NCBI GenBank assembly: GCA_020184695.1 | Contig: JAANOX010000051.1 | Coordinates: forward strand, 1-39,674 | Direction: 5' to 3' | Source: Histomonas meleagridis 2922-C6/04-290x | Lineage: Eukaryota; Protista; Parabasalia | DNA length: 39,674 nucleotides | Shown here: in pieces, positions 35,698 through 39,674 of the stretch | Layout of the letters: every line of letters begins with the position of its first letter | How positions within the stretch are numbered: the first letter of the stretch is position 1 | Notes under the pieces: model-generated | What the model saw: only the letters and a program-made list of their open reading frames with translations | What the model was told of the DNA's origin: nothing | Databases searched by the model: none | Made by a program: the position numbers and the translations under genes

Positions 35698-36246
35698 ATG
35701 CCTTTATTTAATGTTACAACTATTACAGTTGTATTTCCAAAACATGCTAATGATTATACTTGTTTCGATAATCCTATTTATAATAATGTACAATTAACTA
35801 TTGCAGGTCAAAATTATCCTGATGAACCTGTTTCTACTTTAGGTGCTAGATTTTTACAATATCAATTAGTTGCTTCTGATTTAGATGGTGGTATACAATG
35901 TACTAAAGAATTTGAAGATTCTTTAACTATGGATAGGAATGCTTCAAATGGTACAAGATATAATAATACATTAAGTGATGCTACTTCATTTATGCTTAAT
36001 ATACAATGTGAACGTTCACGTGGTGGTTACGTATTTGATGGTTTAGATTCTAACGGTCAAAATATACCAATACAAATTAAAGGTCAACCTATTTATACTC
36101 AAGCTAATGATACATACTATAATGTAGATGAAGCTGGAAATCATCCTCCACCACCACAATTATTCATATGTCGCGATACTTATTTCACATTAGATTTACA
36201 TAATGGATTGAAATATTATGCCAATGGTACACCAGACGGTTATTAA
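35698..36246 (+). pseudogene. C-terminal half of putative double-jelly-roll major capsid protein
   Basis: Uninterrupted 182-aa ORF with NVQLTIAGQNYPDEP and FMLNIQCERS..YVFDGLDS.GQNIPIQI, resembling Polinton/PLV MCP C-terminal strands. It is too short for a full MCP and abuts the oppositely oriented fragment at 35506-35697. Confidence 0.6.
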
Positions 36247-36414
36247 ATAAACATTTATATTTATAAAAATATTATCAAATTTTGACTAAAACCTCTGTGG
36301 CAAAGTTATTTGATATAATCTACTCCTTAAAATATTATCAAAATTGACTTAAACATTTTTCACAGAATATTTTGATACAATGTTAGACAGTTATTATTCC
36401 ACTTCATTTTATCA

Positions 36415-39400
36415 ATGCAGACTAAGACAAATTACAAAAGTCCAGTCATTAAAACAACAAAAAAGAAAATAAAAATAGAAGAAGAAGAAGATGAATATGA
36501 ACCACCACAACAACCATCAAAAAATTTTTAAAACTATATGGAGCAAGAACAAGAAGAAGAACAAATTGTACAAAAACCCGAAAAATTGCAAAAATACCAA
36601 ATATTTTATGATAGTATTATATATTTAAATAGTGAAAACAAAAAAACACAATTTACTTATTCTAATTATCATTATCCTTATATTAATCAAGTTCAACATA
36701 TTTTTAGAAATTCTCCATATGTTTTTTATTCACAACATTATAGATTTACTTTATTTTACTTACTATAAGTCCAAAACGTAATAATATTTTTAAGATATAT
36801 TTCTAAATAGAAGGAACGAATGAAGAACTTGATATTAATTTTTATATAGAATCTAATATTGAAGAATTACAAAACGAAGAACCTTTTTATTTTATCAAAA
36901 AAGACTATCCTGTGTATATTATAGATTGGTTTAATTCCATAGCTTCTGATACACAGATTGGATTATTTTTTCTGAATTTTTCGATGAAATGAAGAATGAA
37001 GATCAAATATCTCTTATAAACATATTCCAAAATTGGTTGTTGAAGTTTTCTTATTTTATACCCAATTTTGAGGTAACTTTCTTGAAAGTAAATGATGTCA
37101 CCTTAACTATCCCACCTAGTTATCCAGAATTACAAAAATACACTAATATTAAAGTCTGGTTTTTTGAATTATTAAGATTATTTTATAGTGTATTGTATTT
37201 AATTAATAAAAAAACTAAATTAAAACAAGAATTTCCGGAAATATACAATAAAATATTTGTTAGTAAAACTTATCAACAAATACAAAATGAAAAAAGAATG
37301 AAAGAAGAAAAAGAAGCAAAAGAAGAAAAAAAAAACACTATTATGACAAAAACAAAAGATTTAGATATAATGTTAGCAAAACAAATTAATAGAGACATTC
37401 AATTTGATTTAAACAAAGAATCAACAAAATTTAATTCTATATGGTACGAAGAGATTGAAAAAAATGAAGAAAATGAAAATGTACTATGTACAACATATAC
37501 TTACATATGAAAATGAACTTTTTACATTCAAATTAGTTGAAACATTTATGGATACACATTATTCTTTATTATTAGACGATTTTGATAAATTACTAATTAA
37601 ATATTTACCAGAACACAACAAAATTGAAGAAAATTCATTATAGGTTTCGTTATACAAAGAATATGAAGAAGAAAATGATCAAGGTTATTCCATTGTTTAT
37701 GATTTTAATGAATTTTTGAATTATAATTTTAGATATATTAATGATAGTGAAATCAATGAAACCTTTTTATTCGAAGATTTATTAGATTATTTACCAAATA
37801 ATTCAACAATATATTTCCATAATTTAGCTTATGATTCAAAATTTATAGCAAAATATGGTATCAAAAAATCAACTATTAAAGGGACAAAGGTATTATCAAT
37901 GGATGTGGAATTTAACAAAAAAATAATTTACTTTAGAGACACTTTACCAATATTAACTTGTAAACTTAAGTTATTGCCTTCAATGTTTGGTATTAAAGGT
38001 GTTAAAAAAATATTCCCTATCGTTATTACACTTTACAACGATTAGAATCAGGGGTAGGTTTAATTGATGAAGCAGGCATTTACGAGGATAAGCCTTGGGA
38101 TGAAAACAATTATACAGAATTCTTTAATAACATTATCAACAATTGATGAAACCACTTTTAATATGTGGGAATATGCGATCTTTTATTGTAGGCAAGACGT
38201 AAGAATATTACGTGAAGGCTTTAATCGTTTTTGCTTAGGCTTTCAAGAATCATTCGATATTTTACCTTTTCATTATTTATCAATATCATCTTTAGCTAAT
38301 GCAGTATTTACACAGAAAGTTTATTCAACAAACAATAATTTATTCCAAGTTGGGGGTCATGTTAGACACTTTATAGCCAGAGCAGTTTATGGTGGAAGAT
38401 GCATGACTGCATATAATAAAAAATGGCACATCAAAGAAGAATTATGTGACTTTGATGCCGTATCATTATACCCATCAGCAATGGCTAGAATAAGTGTAAT
38501 TAATGGTCCTCCAAAAGTAATTAAAGAAGAACAATTAAATTTAAATTATTTAAATAATAATACTAACGCTTATGTAGTTGAAATCATCATTACTAAAGTT
38601 AGAAAACATTACCCATTCCTATTAATAGTACAAAGAATTAATGAATTAAATTTAAATGATAATAATAATATTACTGAAGACAACCCCGTTACTATGGTTG
38701 TTGATAATATAGACGATTTAATTTAATATCAACAAATTCAATTTAAATTAGTAAGAGGTTATTACTGGGATGAGGGTTATGATTCCACAATTCAAAATGT
38801 AATCAAAGATATATTTCAAAAACGTGTGGAATACAAACAACAAAATAACCCTCTCCAACAAATATACAAATTAATTATGAATAGTTGTTACGGCAAAACA
38901 ATTGAAAAGCCGATTAACAAAGAGTGGAAGTACTTGAAAAAAGGTACTCGGGCAGATAACTATGCCATAAAGAATTACTTTCGAATAATAGAAAGAATTC
39001 TGATTAATGATTCAAATATAGAATCATTTAATATAAAACGACCTATAGATAAGCATTTTAACTTATCATTATGAGGCGTTCAAGTATTAAGCATGTCAAA
39101 TAGAATCATGAACGAAGTGATGTGCTTAGCATATGACATTGGCTGTAAAATCTTTTATCAAGATACAGACTCAATGCATATAGTAAAATCGGATTTACCT
39201 AAATTAGAAACAGCCTTCGAGGTCAAATATAATAGAAAACTAATAGGTAATAATTTAGGGCAATTTCATTCCGATTTTACTAGTGACGATGGTAGAAGCG
39301 ATGTCAACTGCGCAGTTGAAAGCTACTACATCATGAAGAAAACCTATATCGATAAACTATTATACAATGATGGTGGTATAGGTTATATGTCTAGGGCAAA

Positions 39401-39632
39401 AGGTATACCTGCCGATACTAGATATGTACATGCAAATCTTTATTATGATGGTGATATAATGAAATTGTATCGTTCTTTATATAAAGGTAATGAAATAGAA
39501 TTTAATTTATTATTAGGTACAACCAAATTTAAATTAAATTCTAATCAAACTATCACTAATGTCGTGAAGTTCCCGAGAACGTTAAAGTCCACATATGAAA
39601 AAGAAGACATTAACAACAGTTTGTTGAGTTAA
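36415..39632 (+). pseudogene. polB: Protein-primed family-B DNA polymerase (Maverick/Polinton pPolB)
   Basis: Exo II IYFHNLAYD, Exo III YCRQDVRIL, motif A CDFDAVSLYPSAM (38454), motif B KLIMNSCYGK (38868), motif C YQDTDSMHI (39162). Long acidic N-terminus from MQTKTNYK. Multiple stops (e.g. 37641, 38724, 39072) and frameshifts. Confidence 0.92.
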
Positions 39633-39674
39633 TGTATTAGCGTATTGTTGCAATACATTTAATTTTACCTAAGT

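Larger units (their letters stand above)
20614..39632. mobile_element. Degenerate endogenous Maverick/Polinton-like virus region (probably two nested or tandem elements)
   Basis: Co-occurrence of pPolB, MCP-like, duplicated mCP-like/fibre pairs, AEP-helicase and a second PolB-like gene. Element-wide TIRs were not found within the window. Confidence 0.8.

Noticed and set aside
779-39632. Alternative genetic code (stop-codon reassignment) suggested by many in-frame stops
   Set aside because: All three stop types occur internally. Internal repeats and paralogues show TAA replacing Q, K, E and probably Y, and TGA replacing L. Genes also end in TAA/TGA, and frameshifts coexist. This fits random decay.

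Overview
Very AT-rich eukaryotic DNA, probably from a parabasalid protist such as Trichomonas, Tritrichomonas or Histomonas. That assignment is inferred from the combination of BspA-type LRR surface genes, an IS481-like eukaryotic transposon, Merlin and P-like transposases and Maverick/Polinton-type genes. Essentially every recognisable gene is broken by in-frame stops and/or frameshifts. 1-4.4 kb: a Merlin/ISXO2-like transposon with long repeat-containing TIRs, abutted by a P-element-like transposase. 5-16 kb: decayed host-type genes, namely a Rei1/ZNF622-like zinc-finger gene, a chimeric transglutaminase-like/LRR/GA-module membrane protein and a BspA membrane protein. 16-20.5 kb: non-coding DNA with a large inverted-repeat element. 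20.6-39.7 kb: a nested, degenerate endogenous DNA-virus (Maverick/Polinton-like) region. It contains a reduced PolB homologue, two copies of a divergent minor-capsid-like/fibre gene pair, and a ~1450-codon fibre gene with phage-tail-fibre-like motifs interrupted by a TA-flanked MITE. It also holds an AEP-primase/SF3-helicase gene enclosed in its own 78-bp inverted repeats, an IS481-like transposon, an amphipathic structural-protein fragment, the C-terminal half of a putative major capsid protein and a canonical protein-primed PolB. No packaging ATPase, protease or Maverick-type integrase was recognised. All protein family calls come from motif recognition by eye, not database searches.
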